A stretch of 63,701 bases of DNA, filler included, from Phoronis australis (Eukaryota; Animalia; Phoronida): NCBI GenBank assembly GCA_002633005.1. It is 8 parts of 8 records of this genome, joined end to end, with 100 filler letters (N's around TTAATTAATTAA, not from the genome) between each part and the next. Parts side by side here need not be neighbours in the genome. Positions count along the whole stretch, not along the records: positions 35,882 to 38,760 come from NMRA01003349.1; positions 38,861 to 57,088 come from NMRA01000941.1; 6 more parts are not named here. One strand, given 5' to 3'. The notes beneath the pieces were generated by a model, which was not told the origin of the DNA, searched no databases, and saw nothing but the letters and a program-made list of their open reading frames with translations. How positions within the stretch are numbered: position 1 is the first letter of the stretch; every line of letters begins with the position of its first letter. The position numbers were made by a program, and so were the translations under genes. Positions 38,499-53,000 of the stretch are shown here, piece by piece.

Positions 38499-38760
38499 CT
38501 TTGTTTTGAAGATCGTCTGCGTGTGTGAGTGAGCAAGCGCGTGCGTGTCATCAGCATTCATTTGCCGGAGGTGTGCGTTGTAACTAAATTGTAACAAGCA
38601 GTATCATGAGAACGCGTTTTATTTAGCACTTGCTTATCACATCTACTAATAAAACGTGCGAGAATTGTCTCGGTAGGGCCTAAGGCCGAATGTCGTTGAG
38701 TTGCCGCGTGACTGGATGTGTGAGTCTGAGTTATTTTCCGGGAGATTCGGGGGCGGAGGT

Positions 38761-38860
38761 NNNNNNNNNNNNNNNNNNNNNNNNNNNNNNNNNNNNNNNN
38801 NNNNTTAATTAATTAANNNNNNNNNNNNNNNNNNNNNNNNNNNNNNNNNNNNNNNNNNNN
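38761..38860. other. Assembly gap with six-frame stop spacer
   Basis: N44-TTAATTAATTAA-N44. Confidence 0.99.
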
Positions 38861-38936
38861 CCCCCACGACCCACAACCCCCACGACCCAGAACCCTCTCA
38901 ACCCTCGACCTGTGCCATATGATGCACCTATCTGCA

Positions 38937-40985
38937 CTTTTTATGCGCCCATATATTTATATGTCGGCGCATAAAAAGCACATTGTCATCATCTCTCTGT
39001 TTAGGCGTCTGTCGCGCGGCTGTATCTCGAGTCATAATTAGCCTAAACCCCTTGCGGGATCTTATTGGAATATTGAAATTTGGCAGGTTTTTACCTATGG
39101 GGTTGATGACAGTGGGGCAACGAGTTTCGGATCGACCCGAATACCGCTGAGCCCCTAGTGGCAATTTTATTTTTTTATGTTTGCCTCTGATAATCTTCAA
39201 AGGTCCTCAATCGATTTTCTTGAAATTTGGTACATGGGCATCTAATAATGAGTTGAGACTATCCTCCGGTTTTTGATAGATTCAAGGCATTTTGCACCAT
39301 CTAGGGGCCATTTTTACTATTCTTTAGTCCATTTTTTGGCATCCGCTCCTCTGTCAACCAAACCACTCTAAAGATGATTGCGAAAATTGGCATATATGTT
39401 TTTACTATCATTGATGAAAAGGACGGTTGACGATGATTTTCTTACTTCAATTACTGTGGCGCCTCCCAGTGGCATTTTTTTGCGCCCTTAGCTGTATCTC
39501 CTAAGCCCTCCGCAGACTCTTTATTAAATTTAGCAAGTGTATTTATGTGACACTGACAACGGAAGACGACAACTTTCAGATGGATCCGGCGAACGTTGTC
39601 CCCTAGTGGTAATTTCATTTTTTTCCGTTTTGCTCTGTTTCTCTGAAGTTTCTTGACGGATTTTCATGAAATGTGATAAGTATATTTCTGTTAAAAAACT
39701 GACATTTTCTCATTTTTTTTCATATATTTATTTGTGGACGCATTATGCCGTCAGCTCTGTCTGTCCTTCTGGCGTCCGACGTCCACTGCGCTATCTCCAA
39801 AACGCCTTGACGTATGTTCATTAAATTTTGCACTTGTGTTTCTTCCGTGGATGGGACAGCATGAGCTAACTTTTTGACAGATCCGACTACTGGTGTGCCT
39901 TGTAGTGGCAATTTTAGTTTTTTAGGCTTACCTCTGTCTCTTCAAAAGTCCTCAACTGATTTTCATAAAATTTGGTATATAGTGAGATGACGCTATCCTC
40001 CCGTTTTCGGATAAATTTGACGTAGTTTGTGTCGCCTAGTGACCATTATTACTGTTTTTGAATCTGTTTTTTGCGTCCATACCCCCAGTCAACCAAACCG
40101 CTCAGAGGATGATTGTGGAAATTGGAATATATGTTTTTATTATGAAGAGGACGACTGACGATAATTTTCCGACAATTTGGATTACTGTTGCACCTGCTAG
40201 TGGCAGTTTTGTCTCTTTTTGCGTCCATGGCTGTATCTCCTAAACCGTTGGCAGGATCTTTACTAAATTCTGCAAGTGTATTTTTATGATGTTAACAATG
40301 GATGACGACGACTTTCGGTTGGATCTGACTACCGGTGTGCCTCCTATTGACAATTTAATTTTTTTACGTTTACCTCTTTATCTTCAAAGGTCCTCAACGG
40401 ATTTTCATAAAATTTGAAATAAAGGCACCTATTAGTGAGATGAAGTTATCCTCCCATTTTCGGATGGATTTCACGTAGTTTGCGCCACCTAGTGGCCATT
40501 TTTACTGTTTTTAGTCTGTTTTTTGGCGTCCACTCCTCTATCAACCAAACAGCACTAAGGATGATTGTGAAAACTGGCATATATGTTCTTACTACGAAGC
40601 TGACGATGATTTTCCAAATGACTTCGACAACTGTGGCGCCTCTTAGTGCCAGTTTGTTTTGTTTTGCGCCCATAGCTGCATTTCCTAAACTCACTGCAGG
40701 ATCTTTATTAAATTTAGTAATTGTATTTATATGAAACTAACAACAGATGGCGATGTCTTTCAGGTGGATCCAATGACGGCTATGTCCCATTATGGCAATT
40801 TCCTTTGTTTCTCTGAAGTTCCTTGACAGATTGTTATGAAATTTGGTAAAGAACTTTAGGCTATTAAAGAAGCGATGGCATGTTCTCATTTTCAGATAGA
40901 TTGGACGTTTTTTCGCCCTCTGGTGGCTATTTTTATGAAACAAACAACTCTAGAAACACTTTTTTTACGGTGCATTGCTCTTGTT
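38937..40985 (+). mobile_element. DINE-1/Helentron-like non-autonomous element array with ~140-150-bp diverged core repeats
   Basis: 5' hairpin TTATGCGCC...GGCGCATAA in a T-run; recurring CCCTAGTGGCAATT / TTCAT.AAATTTGG modules; ends GCATTGCTCTTGTTT like the copies at 47050-53415. Confidence 0.7.
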
Positions 40986-41013
40986 TATATGTTTCATGTT
41001 TAGCAGGTGCTCA

Positions 41014-44000
41014 ATGGCAAGTCACCACATCGACACTGGCTGTAACTCATCCACCTGTTCAACAGAACATGTTAAAGTTAGTGAAAGTTCACGTGTAACC
41101 CCCCGAGCTGTGGGACACTATGCCAGGACATTGACTCCTGAAGAAGTGGACAAGTTAAACCATCAGAATTCCAGGCTAGTGTCTGAGTTTAGACAGTTGA
41201 AGTTGGAACAAGATGCTGAAAAAAGTTGGGACTTGTTTTACAAACGAAACACAACCAAGTTTTACAAAGACAGACACTGGACCACCAGGGAGTTTCAGGA
41301 ACTTTCTGGTTCTAAGGTTTGTTCAGAAGAAGCAATTCATAAGGAATCCACTAACTTATTGGTCAACAAAATGTGTGTTGACTGGGCAGTTATAACTTTA
41401 TGGAATGTAACGATAGCAGACGTCCTTGTTCGAAATAAGCTGATACCCTGGCTTAGCATTTTTGTGCATTGGCCATGTGATTTAAAAGGTGTGTTGACGG
41501 ATTGTATCTTAAAAGGGGACCCACTGTAGTAAAAATAATGCAGCAGTTTTCTGGTTCTAACATATAAATAAAACTCACATTTTCCCGATTTGCACGCCAA
41601 ACAAAAGCTCATTCATATTTAATGTCAAAATACTGAAATCCTAACAGCGATCGCTGATTGGCTGATATGTCAGTGGCGTGGGTGTTGGGGCCTTGACTGC
41701 TTATCACATATATTGCTGTGCCATATTGTGAAGAGTTTACATTGTATTTTAACAATATATCAGTCATTCTTATTTTTACTGTTTACCACAGTGCTGTAAA
41801 AGGTTTGGCATGCATTTTTGTATGGCTCCAGGTTATTCCAACTCTTTGAAAAAGGTGTCTTTTAAGGGGAGGAACATCGCATACCATATCGGTTGCCTCA
41901 GCTATCCTTGGAGGCTTGGCTATATACTAAATATACAGCTTTGCGCCGATGTGGGTAAAGAACTGGACAAATAAAATCTGACTCAAACTTAATGTCATTA
42001 AACCTACTCTCTCCCTTGACTAAACTTAATTATTTACTGGTGTTGGAAAATTTTGTGTTCTGGTGCTAAAATTGTGATGTGTTTTTTTGAGTCAGGTTTC
42101 GGCAATTACGTCACCTGACCATGACCAGTTTCTTTTCTCTCCGATTCTTTTACCATGTCCCAACAAATTATCGGAACTTGTTTCATTTTGTTTCAAGTTT
42201 TTAGTATTTTAATTTTCCAGCAAATCGAATTTTAGAGCAAACCTTGCACCTGCAAAGCTGTCATTACAAAATTTTAGGAAAAAGCACATGCACTGTATCA
42301 TGAGTGAGCTGTTTTTGAAAATGGACGACATACTTTTCTTTGTTACAAAAGGTGGTGAGTTATGCTAGTAAATGACATTTATTATTTGATTGTTTTTCAC
42401 TTAAATGGCTGCAATGAACAAGGTGAGTGTCGGTTTCACGACTCGGTGACGAGCATAACTACCCGGGTAGTCAACGGGCTGTTTGAACTTCCGCGGTCTA
42501 ACGGAGCTCAACACACAGTGGTATGATAGTCTTTATACAGCTATAGTCAGTAACTAACCAGTCCTTAAATAGTTTACAGAGCTAAGTGTTTCCTGGCAGC
42601 TAAGCTGGCTGGCTAGAGTTCACACTGCCCACAGTCACACTAATGCATAATGTTGATATGGCCTGGTTGCACCAGCATATTTTCATCTGATGATGATGAC
42701 CACTGGGTATCACCAAGGAGTGTAGTAGTATAGGAGAGTTCTCTCTGCCATTATGCCTTTCACCGCAATGGTTACCGGTCAAAACACTAGTGCCCCAAGC
42801 GGTGAATAATCAACACTTACTTAGGAGCGCAGTCCGAACAATGTAAACACTGATAAATTCATACTTTAATGACATTCAACCTGCAAAAAAATTACTGTGT
42901 GATTAAAAATGGTTAGAATACGTAAACTTACTTCCACTTGTAATCAAATGAGAACGAAAATGTGTATTTTAATCAATATTAAAGTGTATTTGTTTTTATT
43001 CTCTTGAAGCTCCCTTCAAAATTCATCATGGTTTTGTTTCATGTTTGAGTTCTTAACGAGGCAAATTATTGTTCCTTATAACAGTTCATACCTCCATGGA
43101 CTACAAAATTTGAATGATTGCTCCTTGAGGTTCAGAGGGGGATTCCCCCCAGGTGCCAGCCAAGGGGGTATCAGGCCAAAACCAGGTGGGTGCCAAATGG
43201 GTATTGACCCCCTCCCAGGGGGGTTACATGGGGGGAGTGCTAAACAGGTAAAAACCAATGGGATATGCCACATGGGTGTTGAGCCCCTCCCATCGTCACA
43301 AATTTTGGTTGCTCCCCTGACCATTGACAAACATGTTGCTCCCAGCTCACTGCTGGTTTCATCTCCACCCATCAATTTCGCATGTGTTCCCTATTCAATG
43401 CACCAGGATACTAGCAATGTGAACAACTGTTTGGTGCAGTGGGTGTTACACAAGTAAGAAGAAGAAAGCAAAGCAATTCATCACTACCACAAAATCGTAA
43501 TATAATTTTAGAACATTCCATTATTTCTTAGACATGCCAGTATAGGGTAAACTCGATCCCGCTCTCCCACTATAATCACCAACAGTTGCAAGTCAGTTCC
43601 TAATCTGTAGAATAGCTCACAACTTACAAAACGTAGTAACATTGAGTATATCATCACTCATGACTAGTCTACAAAAAAGAGGTACTGAACAGCAATCAAA
43701 ATATTCACTAATCACACAACTTCATACAAAACTGAATTAAAAAGACTTGGATGATAAAACAATAAATATTTTAGACCACAATATCATATCTGTTACGTAG
43801 CCACAACTGGGGCTTTAATTAATCACAATCTCCAAATACGTACAAAATAGGCAACACATACACCAATACAACAAGAAAATCTGATCAACCTTGTCACTCT
43901 CACTAGTAAACAGCAGCTCTTTTTACCAAAGAAATGCGTTATAAATAAAGCTGAAAACTAATTTACTCACAGAGGTTTTTGTCATCTAGAAGTAAAAGGA

Positions 44001-47000
44001 TACGTATAGCTTGGGTTTAACAAAATTTCAACCCACCGTTCAGACGCTGAAAGAATCACCAGTTTCACTTTGGCTCTCTCCAAATAACAGGCTAACCATT
44101 CATAAAATGTTTCAATCTGGTCAACCTTAGCAAAATACGGAAACCAGATTTTGACTAATGGTCCTTTCAACACGTGATGTTCCAATAATTGCTTTGTGTG
44201 GCAATAATCAGAAATGCAAGAAAGCCTATTCCAGAGCTATAATATAATTTCCGGAGAACTTTTTGACATCTTCATTTTTGGTGCATTGGGGACATCAAAT
44301 ATTGCTTGGGCACTGCATTCAATACTAGCTTGTTCTTCATTCATGAACATGGACTCCTTGAAGTGCTGAGAGCATTACTTGCAGTAAGCTGCATCATTCT
44401 CTATTCATAAGGTCAGGTGCCAGCGCTTGCACCTGAACAGAAATCAACGAGAGACTCGTGATCAAACCACACTCACCACAGGTTCACAGAAGACTGGTAG
44501 CCTACGCTAAACTACACTACACTACAGAAGTCCTGTTGTTCTGTGATTGTGATAGAGACAAAGGTGTCTTGGTGTCAACTGAAAAAAGTCGGACTCAAAT
44601 GTTGATCCACAGATCAGGGCTGTGCCACTGCATCATTGGCACATAGAATTAAGTTTTCAATGATGCACTGCTTAACTTAATTGGTCCAGCTGGTATATTA
44701 AATTTATATCAATTTTTTCACCTTTTCACTGAGACCCACAGATTCTCTAACTTGACTCATGACAGACTTGAGGCCCTGTGGCTGTGATTGTGCCATGGCT
44801 GTGTCACCAGTCATATTACCCATGGCCATGGGTATGTTTTTCTAAAATTATCCTCGAGATCGTTCGGGTGAGATTTTGAATTGGAATACATGGACTGCAA
44901 GTATCCAAAAAGCTGACGATCACATCGTTAATCATAGTTCATCCGCGGGCAGCCCGACTGTGCGGTAGGCCTAGCCTACACTGCAGACAACAGTGGCACC
45001 GGGACTGCGATTGAATTGTCTAACAACCATGAACACAACACACAAAATGAAAGACAATGTATCATATTATTGAATAACAGATAATCCTTACCTTTCTGGA
45101 TCCTTAGGAAACCTGAAAAATATCATGTCTGGGGTTTTCGTGGATGAATTCGTGCAATTTATTGCACTGCAAAATATGTCCTTCCCCATTGTTTTGGCGC
45201 TTACTGGTTGACCGTTGCTTGTTCACCACTTGGTGGGGCTAGTAGTAGCGGTAACAACGAACTCATAAGTGAACTCTTCTATACTACTGCACTCCTTGGT
45301 ATCACTTTGTGTTTCCTTAGTTCAAACAGGTATCCCTGGTGACTCGATATTTCACACTAAAATTTCTTTTTCCGACAATTTGAAGAATGCCACTTGACTG
45401 CACGCTAAAGTAGGACACTGACTTTACCCCCACAAAATACGTCATAAGAAGCAGTGCTTCAAGTGGATGATTTTTTTCAGTTTCGTTAGAGAATATAAGT
45501 TTACTTTTTGCTGTTGAATTATTTGTGAAAATAATCAACAGCTTGTAGAAAACTATGCAAAATTGATTCAGAATAAAATACAGTTCCCTTTTACGATCAA
45601 GTTTTGAATATGAAACATTCAACATTCATCTCTTTAGCACTTTGAGAGCAGAAAAGCGAGTTGTGTTTGACCAGATTTCAAATACCGGTTGTCAAGACGA
45701 TGGGCTGAGTTAACAAAGACAAAATGTAAGACAAGATGTAAAGTGTTTTCATTCACGAACATTCGGTGACGTTGGACTGGCTATTTTGTGTGAATTATCT
45801 GAACATACCACCCTACAACAAAGGGGATTTGCCCGTGTGGTGATACCAAGACATTTAAAAAACGGTATGGAGTTATACTGCTTGAAAATCTTTGTCCTGT
45901 TTATATATATTAAACTGTAGATTGTGTTGTACTTTTGCTCATAAAATGCACTATCGCCACTCTATAAGAAAATGACTTTTTGCTCAAATGTCACCAAAAT
46001 GTGAATATATAATGTCAGACTGTGAGAGTTTATCCTAACAACTAAATAAGGCAGAGTAACTTCTCTCTGAGACTGGGTGCAAGATCAACCATACAGTAGA
46101 ACGTTAAGAGTTAAGTGAAGACTCCAAATTGTGCCAGTTTTACTTTATTTCAGACAAAATCATTTCAGTTTCCAAAACATTTTGGAATGTGCTGCCAGGG
46201 GATTTTGATTATTTTGTATCACATATCATTAGATGGTGTCCCTCCACTACATCAGTTTGAAAGGGATTAGCATTTTGTGTGTGAACGAAGGAAATATCAA
46301 GGAGGCACTCAGCTTGAGTTATTTGTGTTGCACCAGACTGAAACTTGGAGATGTTAAAGCCATGAAGCAAGCACACATTGAGAACTGGTTTCTGTACCTA
46401 TATGCAACATTTTTTTGGCCATGTACATTTAGAATTTTCTGCTATTGAAGCAATAGTCCATTAGTTGCACAGTGTAACCATGTGTAATTATGGACACTAA
46501 ATCACCATGTTAGAGCATACAGACAAGAGGTTCTGACTTGCACTCAAAACACGGATCAAAACAATTCTTGGGACTGGCTTTAAAAGTCCATGGAGCCAAT
46601 TTCTTACTAATGTGACTTACGTGACTTCATGCCTCTGCACACCGTGAGGTGTATAAGGCTGCCGTGACTGCTCGCCTTACTTACGTACCAAGTTAATGAT
46701 TTATATAGCGCATTCTGAAAAATGAAATTTAGCAGCTGTGAAAAAGTTATGTCTATTGAACATTCTCGAGTTGTCTTGTTCTTTTCAGGCTGATGAAAAG
46801 CTGGTGATTCTTGAATGTGGCTGTGGAGTTGGTAACTTCATGTTTCCACTCTTGGAAGAATGCTCAAATGTTTTCTTCTATGCCTGTGACTTCTCAAGGA
46901 GAGCTATAGAGTTTGTCAAAGTATGTTGGGCAAATTGAATGCATTTTTGTGTACCTAAAGTTGAATACTATTTCTTAAATGTAAACTATTGTGTAGTAGG

Positions 47001-50000
47001 TAAGATATTAGTTTGCAATATTTTGCTGAAAATATCATTTGCGATGCATTTTTATGCACCCGCCTGTTTATATGTGGGTGCATATTGCCATCATCTGTGT
47101 CTGGGGTTCCGGCTTACGGTGTCACCAGCTGTATCTCCTAAACCCCTCACAGGAACTTGATAAGATTTGGTAGATGTGTTCCTACGAAGCTGGCAACGGG
47201 TGATGACGAATTTTGGACTGAAAAGCTTACCATTGTGCCCCCTAGTGGCAATGTTATATTTTTATGGTTTCTTTTGTATCTTTGGAGTTTTTGGATGGAT
47301 TTTCATGAAATTTGGCAAATAGGTGATAACGACACCTTTCCATTTTCGGATGGCTTTGGCGATCTTGCACAACACAGTGGCCATTTTTATGCGCCCACAT
47401 ATCTATATGTGGATGCATTATGCCGTCATCTCCGTCCGGCGTCCGCTGCTCTATCTCCAAAACCCTTGATGTACATTCATGAAATTTTTTCACATATGTT
47501 CCTTTCGTGGAAGGGACAGCATGAGCGAACTTTCAGATGGATCCAACTACCGGTTTGCCCCCTAGTTGCAATTTTAGTTTTTTATGCTTACCTCTATATC
47601 TTCAAAGGTCCTCAATGTATTTTCATAAAATTTGGCATATAGGCATCTATTAGTGAGATAACGCTATCCTTCTGTTTTTGGGTGGATTTGACAAAGTTTG
47701 CGCCACCTAGTGGCCATTTTTGCTCACCATGGATGACAAAAACTTTCGGATGGATCTGATAAACAGTGTGCCCCCTAGTGGCAATTTTTGATTTTAAGGT
47801 TTACCTCTGTATCTTAAAAGGCCCTCAAAAGATTTTCAGAAAGTTTGGAAATATAAACATCTATTGGTGAGATGATGCTATCCTTCCATTTTCAGATGGA
47901 ATTGAGGTACTTTACATCGCCATTTTGTGTGTTTTCAAATCTGCTTTTTGACATCCACTCCTCGGTCAACCGAACCATTTAAAGGATGATTTTGAAAATT
48001 GGCATATATGTTCTCAGTGTGAAGAGGGCGATTGGCTATTACAAATTCGACTTCTATGGCGTCTCCTAATGGTAGTTTTGTTTTGTTTTGCGTGCATAGC
48101 TGCATCTCTTTAACACACTGCAGGATCTCGCTTAAGTTTAGTAATTGTATTTATATGAAGCTAACTACAGATTACTTCTTTCAGGCCAATCCAGTGAACA
48201 CTGTACCCATAGTGGTAATTTCATTTTTTCCATTTTCCTTTGTTTCTCTAAAGTTCCTTGACAGGTTTTTATGAAATTTTGTAAATATCTTTCTATTAAA
48301 GGATGGCGTTTTCCCGTTTTCAGATGGATTGGATGTTTTTGTGCCATCTAGTGGCTGTTTTTATGAAACAAACTATCCTAGAAGCACACCATTTGCGGCG
48401 CATTTGTGGGCGCATTTCAACGTTCTACGTTGCTTTTGTTTAAATTTTAAAGTTAGTTTTTTGGCATCCATCTTTCTATATGTCAAACCACTTGAATAGG
48501 TACGTTTCTAATTAGGTGACCGCGGCTGACGTTAATGTTCAGATGTGTTTCACTAGCATGGCGCCTCCTACTGGGGATTTTATTTTTGCATCTGTGGCTG
48601 TATCACCTGCAAGAATTTTGTGATTTTTGCCAAATGTGTTTCTATGGAGCTGTCAACAGATGGTGATGAGTTTCTGACCATTCCGACAATAGGTGTGCCC
48701 CCTAGTGGCAATTTAATTTTTACTTGGCCAAGTATGTTGCTCTGACAGCAAGTTTTTTTTTTTTTTTTTTGTTTGTTCGCTCTCTACAGGTCACAATTCT
48801 GGTCCGATTCTCATGAAATTTGCACACAACATGTAGATCGGAAATCACTGGAACGCTATTGTTTTTGGTCATGATCGGATACAAAATGGCGGACGTGGCG
48901 GCCATTTTGTATCTGATTTCACAGTCAAATACTCGTAGAGGCCGCATTTTTCGACCTACATGGCTGAAAATCGGTACGAATATACTAGAACGCATGTGCT
49001 ACAATTGCGCAAAAAATCGTTGACTTCCGGTTAAAGATGGCGGAAATATTGGACGTGGCGCATGCGCACCCCGAAATAGGGCTAAAAACGTTTTCTCCTG
49101 TAGAGGGCGCAATTGCAAACCAATCACTTTCAAACTGGTCACGTGTTTGTTGAGTTTAATAAGCTTTTATAAAAAATTATTGAACCGGAAGTCACCTTCA
49201 AGATGGCGGCTGTGGGGCATGTTCACACGGTTTCAATCGCTCTGCTGTCGCATTTTTTATGGGAAGAGCAAATGACGTGAATTTTTGCATGTGGATTCCT
49301 TGAAGTATGGCCTTTCAAAAAGTCTGCGAGAGCGTATTTCTCAGACTTACCGTTTTCGAGTTATTTGACTTTGAATTTCAAAAAAAACCGGCAAATTTTC
49401 AATTTTCTCGAAAAATTTTTGGATTTTTGCCAAACTATCACATTAGATAGAGATTTGAACGGGCTTTCAGAGGATACTTTCCATTTTGCGCTACGACGTC
49501 TACTTTTTGAATTATTCGAGATTTTCGGATACCGTTGTCCCTATGCAACGCGCAGGTGGCTGGCTTTCAGTTCACTTTGTTTTGGTTATGCCTAGTTGAC
49601 CCAGACTGACCCAGCCAGCACTGTCCTACTTTAAAGCATGGCTCGTCCGTCACGTTGCGCCATCTATTGTTCTTTATTGTAGTTGATTGTGTGCTCTCTA
49701 TTTGATTTTTTGCTAGTCACATGAATGTTATCGTGTTTGACAAACTACCACTTTAGATAGAGTTTTGAACGGGCTTTCAGATGATAATTTTCATTTTGCG
49801 CTACGACGTCTACTTTTTGAATTATTTGAGATTTTCGGATACCGTTGTCCTTCGGTCACAGCCAGCTGGCTGGCTTTCAGTTCACTTTGTTTTGATTATG
49901 CCTAGTTGACCCAGACTGACCCAGCCAGCACTGTTCTACTGTAGACTGGACCGTCATGTGGCGCCATCTATCGTTCTTTATTGTAGTTGATTGTATGCTC

Positions 50001-53000
50001 TCTATTTGATTTCGTCGCTAGTCACATGAACGTTATCGTGTTTGCCAAACTACCATTTTAGATAGAGTTTTGAACGGGCTTTCAGATGATAATTTCCATT
50101 TTGCGCTACGACGTCTACTTTTTGAATTATTCGAGATTTTCGGATACCGTTGGTCCTTCGGTCACGTATGCACTCAGCTGGCTGGCTTTCAGTTCACTTT
50201 GTTTTGTTTATGTCTGCACAAGTTAACAGAGAGTTTTGACCCCGACTGACCCAGGTAGCACTGTCGTACTGTAGACTGGAATTCCAGGCGAAATACTATT
50301 GTAAACATAACTTTGCTCTGCAGACTGTCACATAGTGCCACCTATTTTGGATTGCGGGAACAAAGCATGGCTCGTCCGTCATGTTGCGCTATCTTTTATT
50401 GTAGTTGATTGTCTGCTCTCTATTTGATTTCTTCGCTAGGCACATGAATGTTATCGTGTTATCGTCTTATTCATAATTGCCGCCGTGATCGTCTTGATTG
50501 TCGTCGTCTCCCTCATCGTCGTCTTTTCGATTAGTTCCGCCAAGTGTCGCTCCTCCGAGCGCTCTCGTTTTTTTTTTTTTTTTTTTTTTTTGTTTGTTCG
50601 CTCTCTACAGGTCGCAATTCTGGTCCGATTTTCACGAAATTTGCACACAACATGTAGATCGGGAATCACTAGAACGCTATTGTTTTTGGTCATGATCGGA
50701 TACAAAATGGCGGACGTGGCGGCCATTTTGTATCCGATTTCACAGTCAAATACTCGTAGAGGCCGCATTTTTCGACCTACATGGCTGAAAATCGGTACGA
50801 ATATACTAGAACGCATGTGCTACAATTGTGCAGAAAATCGTTGACTTCCGGTTAAAGATGGCGGAAATATTGGACGTGGCGCATGCGCACCCCGAAATAG
50901 GGCTAAAAACGTTTTCTCCTGTAGAGGGCGCAATTGCAAACCAATCACTTTCAAACTGGTCACGTGTTTGTTGAGTTTAATAAGCTTTTATAAAAAATTA
51001 TTGAACCGGAAGTCACCTTCAAGATGGCGGCTGTGGGGCATGTTCACACGGTTTCAATCGCTCTGCTGTCGCATTTTTTATGGGAAGAGCAAATGACGTG
51101 AATTTTTGCATGTGGATTCCTTGAAGTATGGCCTTTCAAAAAGTCTGCGAGAGCGTATTTCTCAGACTTACCGTTTTCGAGTTATTTGACTTTGAATTTC
51201 AAAAAAAAACGGCAAATTTTCAATTTTCTCGAAAAATTTTTGGATTTTTGCCAAACTACCACTTTAGATAGAGATTTGAACGGGCTTTCAGAAGATATTT
51301 TCCATTTTGCGCTACGACGTCTACTTTTTGAATTATTCGAGATTTTCGGATACCGTTGTTCCTATGCAACGCGCAGGTGGCTGGCTTTCAGTTCACTTTG
51401 TTTTGGTTATGCCTAGTTGACCCAGACTGACCCAGCCAGCACTGTCCTACTTTAAAGCATGGCTCGTCCGTCACGTTGCGCCATCTATTGTTCTTTATTG
51501 TAGTTGATTGTATGCTCTCTATTTGATTTTTTGCTAGTCACATGAATGTTATCGTGTTTGACAAACTACCACTTTAGATAGAGTTTTGAACGGGCTTTCA
51601 GATGATAATTTCCATTTTGCGCTACGACGTCTACTTTTTGAATTATTCGAGATTTTCGGATACCGTTGTTCCTTCGGTCACGTATGCACGCAGCTGGCTG
51701 GCTTTCCGTTAGTTCACTTTGTTTTGGTTATGCCTAGTTGACCCAGACTGACCCAGCCAGCACTGTCCTACTTTAAAGCATGGCTCGTCCGCCATGTTGC
51801 GCCATCTGTTGTTCTTTATTGTAGTTGATTGTATGCTCTCTATTTGATTTTTTGCTAGTCACATGAATGTTATCGTGTTTGACAAACTACCACTTTAGAT
51901 AGAGATTTGAACGGGCTTTCAGATGATAATTTTCATTTTGCGCTACGACGTCTACTTTTTGAATTATTTGAGATTTTCGAATACCGTTGTTCCTTCGGTC
52001 ACATGCAGCTGGCTGGCTTTCAGTTCACTTTGTTTTGATTATGCCTAGTTGACCCAGACTGACCCAGCCAGCACTGTTCTACTGTAGACTGGACCGTCAT
52101 GTGGCACCATCTATTGTTCTTTATTGTAGTTGATTGTATGCTCTCTATTTGATTTTTTGCTAGTCACATGAATGTTATCGTGTTTGACAAACTACCACTT
52201 TAGATAGAGTTTTGAACGGGCTTTCATTCTTTATTGTAGTTGATTGTATGCTCTCTAAATGATTTCTTCGCTAGTCACATGAATGATATCGTGTTCTTCG
52301 TCTTTTCGATTAATTCCGCCAAGTATCGCTCCTCCGAGCGCTCTCGTTTTACTTTTTCCTCTGTCTGTATCTTCGGAGTTCCTTGGTGGATTTTCATAAA
52401 ATTCAGCAAATAGGTTTTTAATAAGGAGGCAATGATGCAATTCCATTTTCGAACGGATTCAACAGATTTTACACCCCCTTGTGTTCATCTATTTTATTTT
52501 TTGCACCCGTTTTCTGGCGTCTGCCTCATTGTCTACCATACCGCTTAAAGTACCGTTATGAAAATTTGCAGGTGTGTTCCTGATGAGGCCACGACTGACG
52601 TTAACTTTCGGACAGATCCAACTACTGTGTCACCTCTTAATGGTGATTTTGTTTGCTGTGTCTGTGGTTGAATCTCCTTAACTCTTTGAAGGAGCTTTGT
52701 GAAGTTAAAAGGTTTATTCCTGTGGAGCTGACGACAAGCTTGAACAAGTGTAGAACTGATCCAAATACCACGGTGCATTCTAGTTGCAAAATGCTTTTTT
52801 ACGTAACTTTGTCTCTGTATCTTCAAACTTCATTAAGGTATTTTCATAATATTTGGCAGATAGGTTTCTATTACGAAGGCAAAAAGGCTTTCCCATTTTT
52901 ATTTTGAGACGTGATGTTTCTGTGCCACCTGGTGGCCATTTAAAAACATTTGCGTAGTTTTTTATGTCTGCTTCTCAATCTGCCAAACCATTCAAAGGAT

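Noticed and set aside
43041-43457. 138-aa Gly/Pro-rich ORF
   Set aside because: Arises from a short GC-rich internal duplication inside the P-like element.
47157-51416. Multiple 60-160-aa ORFs in METTL6 intron
   Set aside because: All lie within non-autonomous repeats; duplicates simply reflect the tandem dimer.
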